Shown here: in pieces, positions 32,317 through 43,564 of the stretch | How the letters are laid out: every line of letters begins with the position of its first letter | Numbering within the stretch: position 1 is the first letter of the stretch | Origin: Candidatus Sysuimicrobiota bacterium | GTDB taxonomy: Bacteria > Sysuimicrobiota > Sysuimicrobiia > Sysuimicrobiales > Sysuimicrobiaceae | Assembly: GCA_040289515.1 (NCBI GenBank) | Contig: PSLI01000003.1 | Coordinates: 21,224-85,223, forward strand | DNA: 64,000 nt | Reading direction: 5' to 3' | Notes under the pieces: model-generated | What the model was told of the DNA's origin: nothing | What the model saw: only the letters and a program-made list of their open reading frames with translations | Databases searched by the model: none | Made by a program: the position numbers and the translations under genes

Positions 32317-34050
32317 TTAGTGCTTGGCCGTCGGTACGGTGGAGGGTTCCCACTGCGGGAGGTAGTCCTGCTTCGCTCCGGGGACGCTGTACTCGTACGG
32401 CCCGCGGTACACCTCCGGCACGTCCCCGTGCCAGTTGTGGTGGGGCGGGGGGCTTTCGGTGGACCACTCCAGGGTGGTAGCCCGCCAGGGGTTGGGCCCC
32501 GCGGGCCGGCCGGCGCTCAGGCTGCGCAGCACGTTGTAGGCCAGCACCAGGCCACCCAGAAAAATGAGGAAGGCGCTCAAGGTGATGAACACCTGCACGG
32601 GCTGCAGGTGGCTCAGGTACGGGAACGCCCGGTAATCGTAGATCCGGCGGTGCATCCCCGCCATACCCAGGTAGTACATGGGGAAGAAGGCCCCGTACAC
32701 CCCCAGCAGGCTCAGCCAGAAGTGGACCCGGCCCAGCCGCTCGTCCAGCATGCGGCCGAACATCTTGGGAAACCAAAAGTAGATGCCCGCGAAGATGCCG
32801 AACACCGCCGCGGTACCCATCACCAGGTGGAAGTGGCCCACCACGTAGTACGTGTCGTGCAGGGGGATGTCCACGGGCGCGTTGCCCAGGTGGATGCCCG
32901 TGAGCCCTCCCGCCACGAACAGGGACAGAAAGCCCAGGGCGAACAGCAGGGCGGTGGAGAAGTACAGCTTGCCCCGCCACAGGGTCGCCAGCCAGTTGAA
33001 GGTCTTCACCGCGGAGGGCACCGCGATGAGGAGGGTGGTGACGGCGAACCCCATCCCCAGCAGGGGGTGCATGCCGCTTACGAACATGTGGTGGGCCCAC
33101 ACGAGGAAGCTGAGGAGCCCGATGGCCAGCATGGAGGCCACCATGGCGGGGTAGCCGAACACGGGCTTGCGGGCGAAGTTGGCGATCACGTCCGACACGA
33201 TCCCCATGGGGGGCAAGATGACGATGTACACCTCAGGGTGGCCGAAGAACCAGAACAGGTGCTGCCACAGGAGGGGGTTCCCGCCCGTGTGGGAGATCAC
33301 CTGCCCACCCACCACCAGGCCCCCGGGCACGAAGAAGCTGGTGCCCGCCAGCCGGTCGAACAGGAGCAAGATCCCCGCCGCCATGAGCACGGGAAAGCTG
33401 AGCAGGGCCAGCACCGCGGCCACAAAGATCCCCCACACCGTAAGCGGCATGCGCAGCAGGGACATGCCCCGGGTGCGCAGCACGAGAATGGTGGTGATGT
33501 AATTGAGGGAGCCCAGCAGGCTGGAGATGCAGAAGATGGCGATGGACACCAGCCACAGGGTCTGTCCCAGCCCGCTCCCGGGTGCCGCCTGGGGCAGCGC
33601 GCTCAGGGGCGGGTAGGCGGTCCAGCCCGCGTTGAGGGGCCCACCGGGCACGAAGAAGCTGGCCAGCAGCGGCACGATGGACAGGGCGAACACCCAGTAG
33701 GACAGCATGTTCACGAAGGGGAAGGCCATGTCCCGGGCGCCGATCTTGAGGGGGACCAGGAAGTTGGCAAATCCGCCCAGCAGCGCCGGGGTGAGGACGA
33801 AGAAAATCATGATGGTCCCGTGCATGCTCACAGCCGCCAGGTACTGGTCCGCCTTCAGCACGCCCGACTGGGGCCAGGCCAGCTGGACCCGGAACAGCAT
33901 GGCCAGCGCCCCGCCCACCAGGGCCATGAACAGGGAGGTGAACAGGTACTGCAGCCCGATGACCTTGTGGTCCTGGCTGAACACGTACCGGGTCCAGAAG
34001 CTTTCGGGGCGCGCCTCCGCGTGCACGTGCGCTTCTACCGGTGCAGCCAT
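32317..34050 (-). CDS. ctaD: Cytochrome c oxidase subunit I, A1 type
   Basis: WFFGHPEVY, VWAHHMF, HDTYYVVGHFH and D-channel SQDHK. Confidence 0.98.
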   Translation of the reverse strand: MAAPVEAHVHAEARPESFWTRYVFSQDHKVIGLQYLFTSLFMALVGGALAMLFRVQLAWPQSGVLKADQYLAAVSMHGTIMIFFVLTPALLGGFANFLVPLKIGARDMAFPFVNMLSYWVFALSIVPLLASFFVPGGPLNAGWTAYPPLSALPQAAPGSGLGQTLWLVSIAIFCISSLLGSLNYITTILVLRTRGMSLLRMPLTVWGIFVAAVLALLSFPVLMAAGILLLFDRLAGTSFFVPGGLVVGGQVISHTGGNPLLWQHLFWFFGHPEVYIVILPPMGIVSDVIANFARKPVFGYPAMVASMLAIGLLSFLVWAHHMFVSGMHPLLGMGFAVTTLLIAVPSAVKTFNWLATLWRGKLYFSTALLFALGFLSLFVAGGLTGIHLGNAPVDIPLHDTYYVVGHFHLVMGTAAVFGIFAGIYFWFPKMFGRMLDERLGRVHFWLSLLGVYGAFFPMYYLGMAGMHRRIYDYRAFPYLSHLQPVQVFITLSAFLIFLGGLVLAYNVLRSLSAGRPAGPNPWRATTLEWSTESPPPHHNWHGDVPEVYRGPYEYSVPGAKQDYLPQWEPSTVPTAKH

Positions 34051-34061
34051 CTTCCGCCCTC

Positions 34062-34886
34062 CTACCGCCGTACCTGCTGGCGCATCCAGCGGTCGAACTC
34101 TTCCTGGGTGACCACCCGCACCTTGCCCGCCATGGTGTAGTGACCCACCCCGCACAACTCCGCGCATGCCAGGTCGAACTCCCCCGTCTGGGTGGGGGTA
34201 AGCACCAGCTCCGTGGTGGCCCCGGGCAGCAGGTCCTTCTTCAGCCGGAAGGCCGGGACCCAAAAGCTGTGCTGCACGTCCCGGGTGCGCAGCAGGATGC
34301 GGTTGGGCCGGTTGGCCACCAGGAGGATGGTGGGGCTTACCACGTCGTCGCGGCCCGCGGGATCCTCCGGGTCCACGTTGAAGGGCTTCGGGATGCGGTT
34401 GTCCACCCGGCCCAGGCGGCCGTCCGGACCCGGATACCGAGCAGACCAGGCGAACTGCTCGCCGCGCACCTCCACCACGAAGGCGCCGGGGGGAGGTGCC
34501 GCGTGCACCCGCGCCCACAGAGCCAGACCTGCTACGCTGAGGGCCACCATCACCACCGCGGGGACGGCCGTGTACGCGACCTCAAGGGCGGTGTGGTGCG
34601 GGAAGTACAGGGCGGATTCCCGACCCCGCGCGCGGTACCGGATGATGAAGTAGCCCAAAAGCAGGTGCACCAGGACGAAGGCCACGAGGATAATGCCCAG
34701 GATCATGTCGAACAGGCGTTGGATACTGGATCCCTCCCGCGTGACCGGGTTTGGAGTCCAGACCCACCGCGCGTACAGCATCCCGAGGACACCGGCCAGG
34801 GAGAACAGCCACACCGCTAGGCCGAGGGCAAGCCCGGACCGCTGCGTTTCCTCCAAGGGACTTGGCGTGTTGGGTGTCGCTTCCAT
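34062..34886 (-). CDS. coxB: Cytochrome c oxidase subunit II (CuA)
   Basis: DVQHSFWVP and CAELCGVGHYTM CuA motifs; no fused cytochrome c domain. Confidence 0.96.
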   Translation of the reverse strand: MEATPNTPSPLEETQRSGLALGLAVWLFSLAGVLGMLYARWVWTPNPVTREGSSIQRLFDMILGIILVAFVLVHLLLGYFIIRYRARGRESALYFPHHTALEVAYTAVPAVVMVALSVAGLALWARVHAAPPPGAFVVEVRGEQFAWSARYPGPDGRLGRVDNRIPKPFNVDPEDPAGRDDVVSPTILLVANRPNRILLRTRDVQHSFWVPAFRLKKDLLPGATTELVLTPTQTGEFDLACAELCGVGHYTMAGKVRVVTQEEFDRWMRQQVRR

Positions 34887-35045
34887 TCCGACCTCCCGCC
34901 GTACCGTTCGCGCACGCCAGGGGAAAACCCTTCCGGCCAAACAATGCCAAGCAATAAGGAAGGGCGCCACGCGCCCTCCCCTCCGTCGCTCGCTTCAGCC
35001 CCCGCCAGAAGTATAGACTTCTCCGGTACCGCGGGCCAACCCCAT

Positions 35046-35074
35046 TTGACACACCGGGCGGGATTGTCTATCCT
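35046..35074 (+). promoter_or_regulatory. Promoter of L7Ae-str operon
   Basis: TTGACA, 17 bp, TATCCT. Confidence 0.8.
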
Positions 35075-35126
35075 CTGGAAGGTTGCCTGGAGCTTCGATG
35101 AGGGGCTATTGCCCCGAGGGATGCCG

Positions 35127-35384
35127 GTGACCGATCTAGAGGCCCTGGGCCGCGCGCAGGCGCGCGCGGTGGGAGCGAACCAGACCGCCAAGGCCATCCG
35201 GAAGGGGAGGGCCGAGGTGGTGTTCGTGGCCCGCGACGCGGACCGGCGGGTGGTGGAGCCGGTGTTGCGGGCCGCGCAGGAAATGGGCGTGCCGGTGGTG
35301 GAGGTCGCCTCCGGCAGGGAACTGGGTCGGGTATGCGGGATCGCCGTGGGGGCTTCCGCCGCGGCGATCCTCAGACGCGAGTAG
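35127..35384 (+). CDS. L7Ae/L30e family RNA-binding protein (YbxF-like)
   Basis: VGANQTAKAI, VFVARDAD, ELGRVCGIAVGASAAAI; immediately upstream of rpsL. Confidence 0.93.
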   Translation: MTDLEALGRAQARAVGANQTAKAIRKGRAEVVFVARDADRRVVEPVLRAAQEMGVPVVEVASGRELGRVCGIAVGASAAAILRRE

Positions 35385-35620
35385 CCGCAGCGAGGGGCCA
35401 GCGGGCCCTGCCTTCTGCACTTCGCGGAGGGCTGCAGCGCTGCGCCGTAGGGACGGGCAGGGTCATGAGCCCCGGTGCCGGCCGGTGGCTCCGCTGACGC
35501 AGGTGGCCCGGTCCCGGAGGGCGCGCGGGTATCCGGCACGAGGTTCAGGTGGCGCGTGCGCGCGGGGCGTCGGGCCCCGGTGGGGTATGGAGCCTTTGGG
35601 AATCGGGAGGGAGAGATTTC

Positions 35621-35995
35621 ATGCCGACCATCAACCAGCTGGTGCGACGGGGTCGTGAGCCCCTGAAGTACAAGAGCAAGTCGCCGGCGCTGCAGGGGAA
35701 CCCCTTCCAGCGCGGCGTGTGCATCCAGGTGAAGACCATGACACCCAAGAAGCCCAACTCCGCCCTGCGGAAGATCGCCCGGGTGCGGCTGACCAACGGG
35801 ATCGAGGTCACCGCCTACATCCCGGGGATCGGGCACAACCTGCAGGAGCACTCGGTGGTGCTGGTCCGGGGGGGACGGGTGAAGGACCTGCCCGGGATCC
35901 GGTACCACATCGTGCGGGGTGCCCTGGACGCGGCCGGGGTGGCCAACCGGCGCCAGGGCCGCAGCAAGTACGGGGCCAAGCGGCCCAAGCAGTAA
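35621..35995 (+). CDS. rpsL: 30S ribosomal protein S12
   Basis: [29 protein letters not shown]. Confidence 0.99.
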   Translation: MPTINQLVRRGREPLKYKSKSPALQGNPFQRGVCIQVKTMTPKKPNSALRKIARVRLTNGIEVTAYIPGIGHNLQEHSVVLVRGGRVKDLPGIRYHIVRGALDAAGVANRRQGRSKYGAKRPKQ

Positions 35996-36007
35996 GGGGG
36001 GACGCGC

Positions 36008-36478
36008 ATGCCACGCAAGGGACCGGTTCCGCCGCGGGTCGTCCCGCCCGACGTGGTGTATGGCAGCGTGATGGTCCAGCGGCTCATCAACAAGGTGATG
36101 ACGCGGGGCAAGAAGACCCTCGCAGAGCGCATCGTGTACACGGCCCTGCGGAACGTGGAGCAGCGCACCGGACAGAACCCGGCGCAGGTGCTGGACAAGG
36201 CCCTGCAGAACGTCATGCCGCTGCTGGAGGTGAAGCCGCGGCGGGTGGGCGGGGCCAACTACCAGGTTCCCGTGGAGGTGCGCCCGGAGCGGCGGGTGTC
36301 CTTGGGCATCCGGTGGCTGGTGGAGTACGCCCGCCAGCGGCCGGAACGGGGCATGGTGGAGAAGCTCACCCGGGAAATCCTGGACGCCTCGCAGGGCCAA
36401 GGCGGGGCTGTGAAGCGGAAGGAGGAGGTGCACCGCATGGCGGAGGCCAACAAGGCCTTCGCCCACTACCGCTGGTAG
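36008..36478 (+). CDS. rpsG: 30S ribosomal protein S7
   Basis: [29 protein letters not shown]. Confidence 0.99.
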   Translation: MPRKGPVPPRVVPPDVVYGSVMVQRLINKVMTRGKKTLAERIVYTALRNVEQRTGQNPAQVLDKALQNVMPLLEVKPRRVGGANYQVPVEVRPERRVSLGIRWLVEYARQRPERGMVEKLTREILDASQGQGGAVKRKEEVHRMAEANKAFAHYRW

Positions 36479-36499
36479 TGCGGTGCCGGGAGGTCGGGA

Positions 36500-38587
36500 T
36501 TGGCCGTGAAGGTACCGCTGGAGCGGATCCGCAACATCGGAATCGTCGCCCACATCGACGCGGGCAAGACCACCACCACGGAGCGCATCCTCTTCTACAC
36601 GGGGCGGGTGCACCGGCTGGGAGAGGTGGACGAGGGTTCCGCCACCATGGACTGGATGGTTCAGGAGCGGGAACGGGGGATTACCATCACCTCTGCGGCC
36701 ACCACCTGCTTCTGGCGCGACCACCGCATCAACATCATCGACACGCCGGGGCACGTGGACTTCACCATTGAGGTGGAGCGGTCCCTGCGGGTGCTGGACG
36801 GGGCCGTGGTTCTCCTCAGCGCGGTGGAAGGGGTCCAGCCCCAATCGGAGACGGTGTGGCGGCAGGCGGACCGCTACCGGGTGCCGCGGATCGTGTACGT
36901 GAACAAGATGGACCGGGTGGGCGCGGACTTTCTGCGGGTGGTGGAAATGGTGCGGGAGCGTCTGGATGCCCCCGCGGTCCCCGTGCAGCTGCCCGTGGGT
37001 GCGCAGGAGTCCTTCCAGGGCGTGGTGGACCTGGTGCGCAGGAAGTCCATCCTGTACCTGGACGACCTGGGGACGCGATCCAGCGAGACGGCCATTCCCC
37101 CCGAGATGCAGGAGCTGGTGCAGACGTACCGGGAGCGGCTGGTGGAGGCGGCCGCGGACTGCGACGACGCGGTCATGCTGCGTTACCTGGAGGGGCAGCC
37201 GATCCCGGAAGCGGACCTGAAGCGGGCCATCCGGGCGGGCACCCTGTCCGGCAGGCTGGTGCCCGTGCTGGCCGGATCCTCCTTCCGCAACAAGGGGGTC
37301 CAGCCGCTGTTGGACGCCGTGGTCGACTACCTGCCTTCCCCCCTGGACGTGGGGGCCGTGCGCGGCACGAACCCCCGTACGGGGGAAGTGGAGGAACGTC
37401 CCGTGGACGAGCAGGCGCCCTTCTGCGCCCTGGCCTTCAAGATCATGACCGACCCCTACGTGGGCAAGCTCACGTACTTCCGGGTGTACTCGGGCACCCT
37501 GCGGGCGGGCTCGTACGTGTACAACGCCAGCCGGGGCGTGCGGGAGCGCGTGAGCCGCATCCTCCTCATGCACGCCAACCACCGGGAGGACATCCCGGAG
37601 GCCAGCGCGGGCAACGTGGTGGCGGCGGTGGGGCTTCGGGAGACCACCACGGGGGACACCCTGTGCGAGGAGTCCGCCCCGATCGTTCTAGAGCCCATCC
37701 AGTTCCCGGAACCCGTCATCTCCGTGGCGGTGGAGCCCAAGACCGAGGCGGACTCCGACAAGCTGTCCGCGGCCCTGGCCAAGCTGGCGGAGGAGGATCC
37801 CTCCTTCCGGGTGCGGTTCGACCCGGAGACCGGGCAGACCCTGATCTCGGGCATGGGGGAGCTGCACCTGGAGATCATCACCGACCGGCTGGTGCGGGAG
37901 TTCAAGGTGGAGGCCCACGTGGGCCGGCCTCAGGTGGCGTACAAGGAGACCATCCGCCAGCCTGCCCGGGGAGAGGGACGCTTCATCCGGCAGACGGGGG
38001 GGCGGGGTCAGTACGGTCACGCCGCGGTGGAGATCGAGCCGCTGCCGCGGGGCAGGGGGTTCGAGTTCGTGGACCGCATCAGCGGGGGAGTGATCCCCAA
38101 GGAGTTCATCAAGCCGGTGGAGGAGGGGATCCGGGAGGCCATGGAGTCAGGGGTCCTGGCGGGGTATCCCGTGGTGGACGTCCGGGTAACCCTGGTGGAC
38201 GGCTCCTACCACGAGGTGGACTCCTCGGAGCTGGCCTTCAAGATCGCGGGGTCCCTGGCCTTCAAGGACGCGGCCCAGAAGGCCAAGCCGGTCCTCCTGG
38301 AGCCCGTGATGAAGGTGGAGGTGACCACGCCCGAGGCGTACATGGGGGATGTCCTGGCGGACCTGAATGCCCGTCGGGGCCGCATCCAGGCTATGGAGCA
38401 GCGGCAGGGCCTGCGGGTCATCACGGCCCTTGTGCCCCTGGCGGAGATGTTCGGGTACGCCACGGAGCTGCGGTCCCGCACCCAGGGCCGGGCGGTGTAC
38501 ACCATGGAGTTTTCCCACTACGAGGAGGTCCCCGCAGCCGTGGCGGAGGAGGTCCTCCAGGGCGGACTGGCGGGGGCCCGCAGGTGA
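36500..38587 (+). CDS. fusA: Elongation factor G
   Basis: [28 protein letters not shown]. Confidence 0.99.
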   Translation: MAVKVPLERIRNIGIVAHIDAGKTTTTERILFYTGRVHRLGEVDEGSATMDWMVQERERGITITSAATTCFWRDHRINIIDTPGHVDFTIEVERSLRVLDGAVVLLSAVEGVQPQSETVWRQADRYRVPRIVYVNKMDRVGADFLRVVEMVRERLDAPAVPVQLPVGAQESFQGVVDLVRRKSILYLDDLGTRSSETAIPPEMQELVQTYRERLVEAAADCDDAVMLRYLEGQPIPEADLKRAIRAGTLSGRLVPVLAGSSFRNKGVQPLLDAVVDYLPSPLDVGAVRGTNPRTGEVEERPVDEQAPFCALAFKIMTDPYVGKLTYFRVYSGTLRAGSYVYNASRGVRERVSRILLMHANHREDIPEASAGNVVAAVGLRETTTGDTLCEESAPIVLEPIQFPEPVISVAVEPKTEADSDKLSAALAKLAEEDPSFRVRFDPETGQTLISGMGELHLEIITDRLVREFKVEAHVGRPQVAYKETIRQPARGEGRFIRQTGGRGQYGHAAVEIEPLPRGRGFEFVDRISGGVIPKEFIKPVEEGIREAMESGVLAGYPVVDVRVTLVDGSYHEVDSSELAFKIAGSLAFKDAAQKAKPVLLEPVMKVEVTTPEAYMGDVLADLNARRGRIQAMEQRQGLRVITALVPLAEMFGYATELRSRTQGRAVYTMEFSHYEEVPAAVAEEVLQGGLAGARR

Positions 38588-38617
38588 CGCAATCCATGTG
38601 CGGAGGGGGCGAGGAAC

Positions 38618-39835
<1,218 letters not shown>

Positions 39836-39851
39836 GGGAGGGACCTCCGGG

Positions 39852-40004
39852 ATGGCCCGTGACATCATCACCCTGGCGTGCACGGTGTGCAAACGCCGGA
39901 ACTACGTAACCACCAAGAACAAGAAGAACACCCCGGACCGGCTGGAGCTGTCGAAGTACTGCAAGTGGTGCCGCAGGCACACGCCGCACCGGGAGACGAG
40001 GTGA
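39852..40004 (+). CDS. rpmG: 50S ribosomal protein L33 (zinc-binding C+ form)
   Basis: Translated by hand: [50 protein letters not shown]; absent from the ORF track (under 60 aa). Confidence 0.97.
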   Translation: MARDIITLACTVCKRRNYVTTKNKKNTPDRLELSKYCKWCRRHTPHRETR

Positions 40005-40011
40005 GGGGGCG

Positions 40012-40185
40012 ATGCGGGAACGCGACCGGGAACTGAGGCGCCGACGCCACCGCCGGGAGAAGATCCGTAAACTGTTGCGCCGCATCCAGGCGGCGCAGAC
40101 CCGGGAGGAGAAGGAGCGGCTGGTGCAGAAGGCCATCCGCATCGCCCCGTGGAGGTACGCGGAGTTCCAGAAGTACCTCGCCTGA
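40012..40185 (+). CDS. Small highly basic protein (57 aa; resembles DUF6800-type proteins)
   Basis: MRERDRELRRRRHRREKIRKLLRRIQAAQTREEKERLVQKAIRIAPWRYAEFQKYLA; SD GAGGGGG; host-like codon usage; 7 nt after the rpmG stop. Confidence 0.8.
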   Translation: MRERDRELRRRRHRREKIRKLLRRIQAAQTREEKERLVQKAIRIAPWRYAEFQKYLA

Positions 40186-40201
40186 TCCGGCCCGGCCGCC
40201 T

Positions 40202-41398
40202 GTGACGCGACCCCCGCCCGGTACGGCCTCCGGCCGGGCCCCCACCGAGCTGCAGGTCCTGTTGGGGTTCCTGGTGAGTCTCGGAGCCTTCGGGGTGGAT
40301 GCCATGCTGCCTGCCCTGTCCAGCATGGCGGCCGACTTCCGCGTGACCGAGACACAGGCCCAGCTGGTGGTGGGCGCCTACCTGCTGGGTTTTGCCTGGG
40401 GGCAGCTCCTGTTCGGACCCGCAAGCGACGCTTGGGGGCGCCGGCGGGTGCTGCTCACCGGTCTCCTGGTCTTCTGGGCCTCCAGCGCCACCATCCCCTT
40501 CATCCGGGACTTCGGGGCGCTGGTGGTCGCGCGGGCGCTGCAGGGGGTGTTCGCCTCCAGTCTGCGGACGGTGGGTACCGCATGGGTACGGGATCGGTAC
40601 CGGGCAGAGGCCATGGCCCGGGTCATGGCCCTGGTGCAGAGCGTGTTCGTGGTGGCACCCGTTCTAGCCCCGTGGGTGGGGGCGTACCTGGTGCGGCTGG
40701 GCTGGTCGGCGGTGTTCGCCTTCCTGGCCGCGGTGGGCTGCGTGCTGTGGGGGTGGGCCCTGGTGCGGATGGACGAGACCCTGCCGCCCTCCGCACGCAG
40801 GCCCCTTGCCTGGCGGCCCCTCTGGGAGGCCGTGATCCTCGTGCTGCGGACCCGGGAGAGCCTCCTGGGCGCGGCGCTGCTTTCGGCCACCTACGGCATG
40901 CTGTACGCGTACCTGGTCTCGGCTCCCCAGCTGTACAAGACGCACCTCGGGCTGTCCAACGAGGCTTTCGCCCTGGCCTTCGCGGGTACCGCGGTTTTCC
41001 AGCTGCTGGCCATGCTGGCGACCCGGGTGTGGGTGGTCCGGCTGGGAGTCCGGGGTTTGGTGCGGGCTGCGGCCGGGTACCTGTGCGCGCTGACCCTGCT
41101 GCTACCTCTGCACGCCGTGTTTTTGCCGTCCGTGGCGGGCTTCTGGTTGCACGTGAGCCTGGTTTTCTTCGGGATCACCCTCACGTTTCCCAACGCCACG
41201 AGCCTCGCGCTGGACCAGTTGGGTAGGGTGGCGGGCTTCGCCAGCAGCGCCGTGGGCTTCACCGGCACGTTCCTGGCGGGTCTGGTGGGGAACGTCCTGG
41301 GCCAGTGGTCCGCTGGCGACCCGCTGCGTTTTTCCCTGGGCTGGCTGGTCCTGGGGGTGGCTGCGTGGGCGATCAGCCGCGGTGTGAGCGCCCCGTAG
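40202..41398 (+). CDS. MFS drug efflux transporter, Bcr/CflA family
   Basis: DAMLPAL, GQLLFGPASDAWGRRRVLL, RALQG, ETLP motifs. Confidence 0.92.
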   Translation: MTRPPPGTASGRAPTELQVLLGFLVSLGAFGVDAMLPALSSMAADFRVTETQAQLVVGAYLLGFAWGQLLFGPASDAWGRRRVLLTGLLVFWASSATIPFIRDFGALVVARALQGVFASSLRTVGTAWVRDRYRAEAMARVMALVQSVFVVAPVLAPWVGAYLVRLGWSAVFAFLAAVGCVLWGWALVRMDETLPPSARRPLAWRPLWEAVILVLRTRESLLGAALLSATYGMLYAYLVSAPQLYKTHLGLSNEAFALAFAGTAVFQLLAMLATRVWVVRLGVRGLVRAAAGYLCALTLLLPLHAVFLPSVAGFWLHVSLVFFGITLTFPNATSLALDQLGRVAGFASSAVGFTGTFLAGLVGNVLGQWSAGDPLRFSLGWLVLGVAAWAISRGVSAP

Positions 41399-41406
41399 CA
41401 CCCTGC

Positions 41407-41483
41407 TGGCAGGGGCGCGGGGATTCGAACCCCGAACCTCCGGTTTTGGAGACCGGCGCTCTGGCCGTTCGAGCTACGCCCCT
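41407..41483 (-). tRNA. tRNA-Trp (CCA)
   Basis: AGGGGCGTAGCTCGAACGGCCAGAGCGCCGGTCTCCAAAACCGGAGGTTCGGGGTTCGAATCCCCGCGCCCCTGCCA; cloverleaf, anticodon CCA, encoded 3' CCA. Confidence 0.97.
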
Positions 41484-41493
41484 CCGCCCCCTA

Positions 41494-41522
41494 ATCCTAC
41501 GGTGGTCGCGTCCTCCGCGCAA
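41494..41522 (-). promoter_or_regulatory. Promoter of tRNA-Trp
   Basis: TTGCGC, 17 bp, TAGGAT on the minus strand. Confidence 0.7.
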
Positions 41523-41620
41523 CACTCCCCCACCTGAGGGCAGGGGCAGGGTCGCTGCGCCGGCGTCCGCCGAGGTGAACGGGAAGCTGGGGATGGGCCA
41601 GACGATGGCGCCCGGCCGGG

Positions 41621-42364
41621 TTACGTCTTGATGAGCGTCTGGAAGACCACCATGGCCAGGCTCGTGAGGGTGACGGCGGTGGCCACCGCGCCGTGGGAGG
41701 CATCCTTCAGAGCATCGGGAATAAGCTCGGAGAACACCATCCAGATCATCGCCCCCGCCGCGAAACCCAATCCGGTGGGCAGGTGGGCGCGGAAGGTCTC
41801 CACGAAAAGGTACGCAGCGGGTGCCATGAGGGGCTGCGGGAGGCTGCTGAACACGCTCCACCCCGCAGCCACCCACACCGGCACGCCCCGCGGCACCAGC
41901 ACAAGGCTGATGGCCAGCCCTTCTGGAATGTTGTGGACCGCGATGGCCAGGGTGATGAAGGTACCCAGGCTCTGGCCCCCTCCGAAGGAGACACCGACTC
42001 CGACCCCTTCCGTGAAGGAGTGCAGGGTCATGATGCCGACCACAAGAAACGCCTTCCGGGCGTCCAGGCCGTGGAGGTTCCCCAGGGTGAGGTTGCGGTA
42101 CCGATGCAGGACCCGGGAGCTCCAGGTGATGAAGGCTAGCCCGAGCAGCGCTCCAAAGGTCAGGCGGGCCAGGCTGTAGCCGATCCCCTCGTACACCAAG
42201 CCGAAGCTGGCGGCCAGCATCAGGCCAGCGGCGGTGGCGTTCATGGTGCCGAGCCAGCTCCTGGGCACGCTGCGGGCTGCAAGGAAGGGAATCGCGCCAA
42301 GACCGGTGCACAGGGCCGTGCCCGCGGCGTACAAAAAGACCGTGAGAATAGAGCTGTGGGCCAT
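41621..42364 (-). CDS. ZIP (ZupT/GufA) family metal transporter
   Basis: TALCTGLGAIPF, AAGLMLAASF, LHSFTEG, AIAVHNIPEGLA; ATG 42364. Confidence 0.94.
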   Translation of the reverse strand: MAHSSILTVFLYAAGTALCTGLGAIPFLAARSVPRSWLGTMNATAAGLMLAASFGLVYEGIGYSLARLTFGALLGLAFITWSSRVLHRYRNLTLGNLHGLDARKAFLVVGIMTLHSFTEGVGVGVSFGGGQSLGTFITLAIAVHNIPEGLAISLVLVPRGVPVWVAAGWSVFSSLPQPLMAPAAYLFVETFRAHLPTGLGFAAGAMIWMVFSELIPDALKDASHGAVATAVTLTSLAMVVFQTLIKT

Positions 42365-42533
42365 TGGCGTCGGCCGCTCGGGCCCAGGGTAGCCGGTAGC
42401 CCCCGTTTTCGTCGATGGGGAAACCCGGCCGTTAGGACTCCCGTCCTTTCCTCCGTCGGCAACCCTACGCGCGTTCCGGTTCCCTCTTAGGCTGAGCGGC
42501 TTTGGTTGGACCCCATCCGGGAACCGTAGCTGG

Positions 42534-43460
42534 CTAGCGTCGGAGCAGGTTGCGAAGCACGAACCCCACGTTCGCGGGCCGCTCTGCCAGGCGCCGCATG
42601 AAGTACCGATACCAGTCGGGCCCGAAGGGAGTGGCCACCAGCACCCGGTAACCGCGAGCCAGCAGGTCGGCCTGCAGGCCCGGGCGCACGCCGTACAGCA
42701 TCTGGAACTGAAAGGCCTGCGGCGGAATCCCATGTCGGCGCGTAAACCGCATGGCGTGCGCGTGCAGACGCTCGTCGTGGGTGGCTACGGCCACCCGGCA
42801 GCCGCCCAGGAAGGCGGTCTCCAGCAGCCGCACGTAGTTGCGATCCACGTCCGCCTTGCGGGGGAAAGCAACGGTCGGCGGCTCGAGGTAGGCACCCTTC
42901 ACGATGCGCACGTCAGGTTGGAGGGGTAAAAGCGCCCGCAGATCCTCCTCGCTGCGGTACAGGTAGCTCTGCAGCACCACCCCTACGTTGTCGTAGCCTT
43001 CGCCCCGCAGGCGGCGGTAGATGCGCAGGGTGGCGTCCACCCGCCACGACTCCTCCATGTCGGTGCGCACGAGCCGGCCCGTGCGCGCGGCGCGGTCCAC
43101 CAGACCCCGCAGGGTCCGGTAGGCCAGCTCCTCCCCGAGGTCCAGGCCCAGCTGGCTCAGCTTCACCGACAGGTACGTGCGCAGCCGCTCCCGTTCCAGA
43201 CGGTCCAGCACCTGCCGGTACGCCTCGGCCACCCGGGCCACCTCTTTTTCGTCCGCCACCCGCTCACCGAGGAGCGTGGTGTTGGTGAGAAAGCCGCGGT
43301 CCTCCAGGGAGCGCAACACCCGGACGCATTCGTCCAGGGTCACACCGGCCACGAACCGGGCAGCACCCAACCGGAGCCCGTGCCGCTGGACGAACCCCGC
43401 TACGGAGGGGTGCTCGGCCGCCCGGAGGATGAAGGATCGGCTGACCGCCTGCAGATTCAC
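42534..43460 (-). CDS. Monofunctional proline dehydrogenase
   Basis: RFVAG, SVKLSQLG, RIVKGAY, ATHD, FQMLYG, YFMRRLAERPAN. Confidence 0.95.
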   Translation of the reverse strand: MNLQAVSRSFILRAAEHPSVAGFVQRHGLRLGAARFVAGVTLDECVRVLRSLEDRGFLTNTTLLGERVADEKEVARVAEAYRQVLDRLERERLRTYLSVKLSQLGLDLGEELAYRTLRGLVDRAARTGRLVRTDMEESWRVDATLRIYRRLRGEGYDNVGVVLQSYLYRSEEDLRALLPLQPDVRIVKGAYLEPPTVAFPRKADVDRNYVRLLETAFLGGCRVAVATHDERLHAHAMRFTRRHGIPPQAFQFQMLYGVRPGLQADLLARGYRVLVATPFGPDWYRYFMRRLAERPANVGFVLRNLLRR

Positions 43461-43564
43461 GACGTCGTTGGGGCCCTCCGGTAACCATGGTAGATGTGCT
43501 GGGCTTCGTGCTACGCTATTGGCGAAAACTCGGGCAGATTCACGACGTCATTGGGGCCGTCCGG
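43451..43564. repeat. 31-bp direct repeat, two copies (43451-43481 and 43534-43564), 29/31 identical
   Basis: GCAGATTCACGACGTC(G/A)TTGGGGCC(C/G)TCCGG, separated by 52 bp. Confidence 0.9.

Noticed and set aside
41390..41500. tRNA-Trp as an integration site for a prophage or island
   Set aside because: No integrase and no duplicated tRNA 3' end noticed in the window.
42365..42733. N-terminal extension of the ZIP transporter (370-aa ORF)
   Set aside because: Overlaps proline dehydrogenase and lacks ZIP character; ATG 42364 gives a normal 247-aa protein.
43451..43564. CRISPR mini-array
   Set aside because: Only two copies, one overlapping a start codon; 52-bp spacer; no cas genes or leader in the window.
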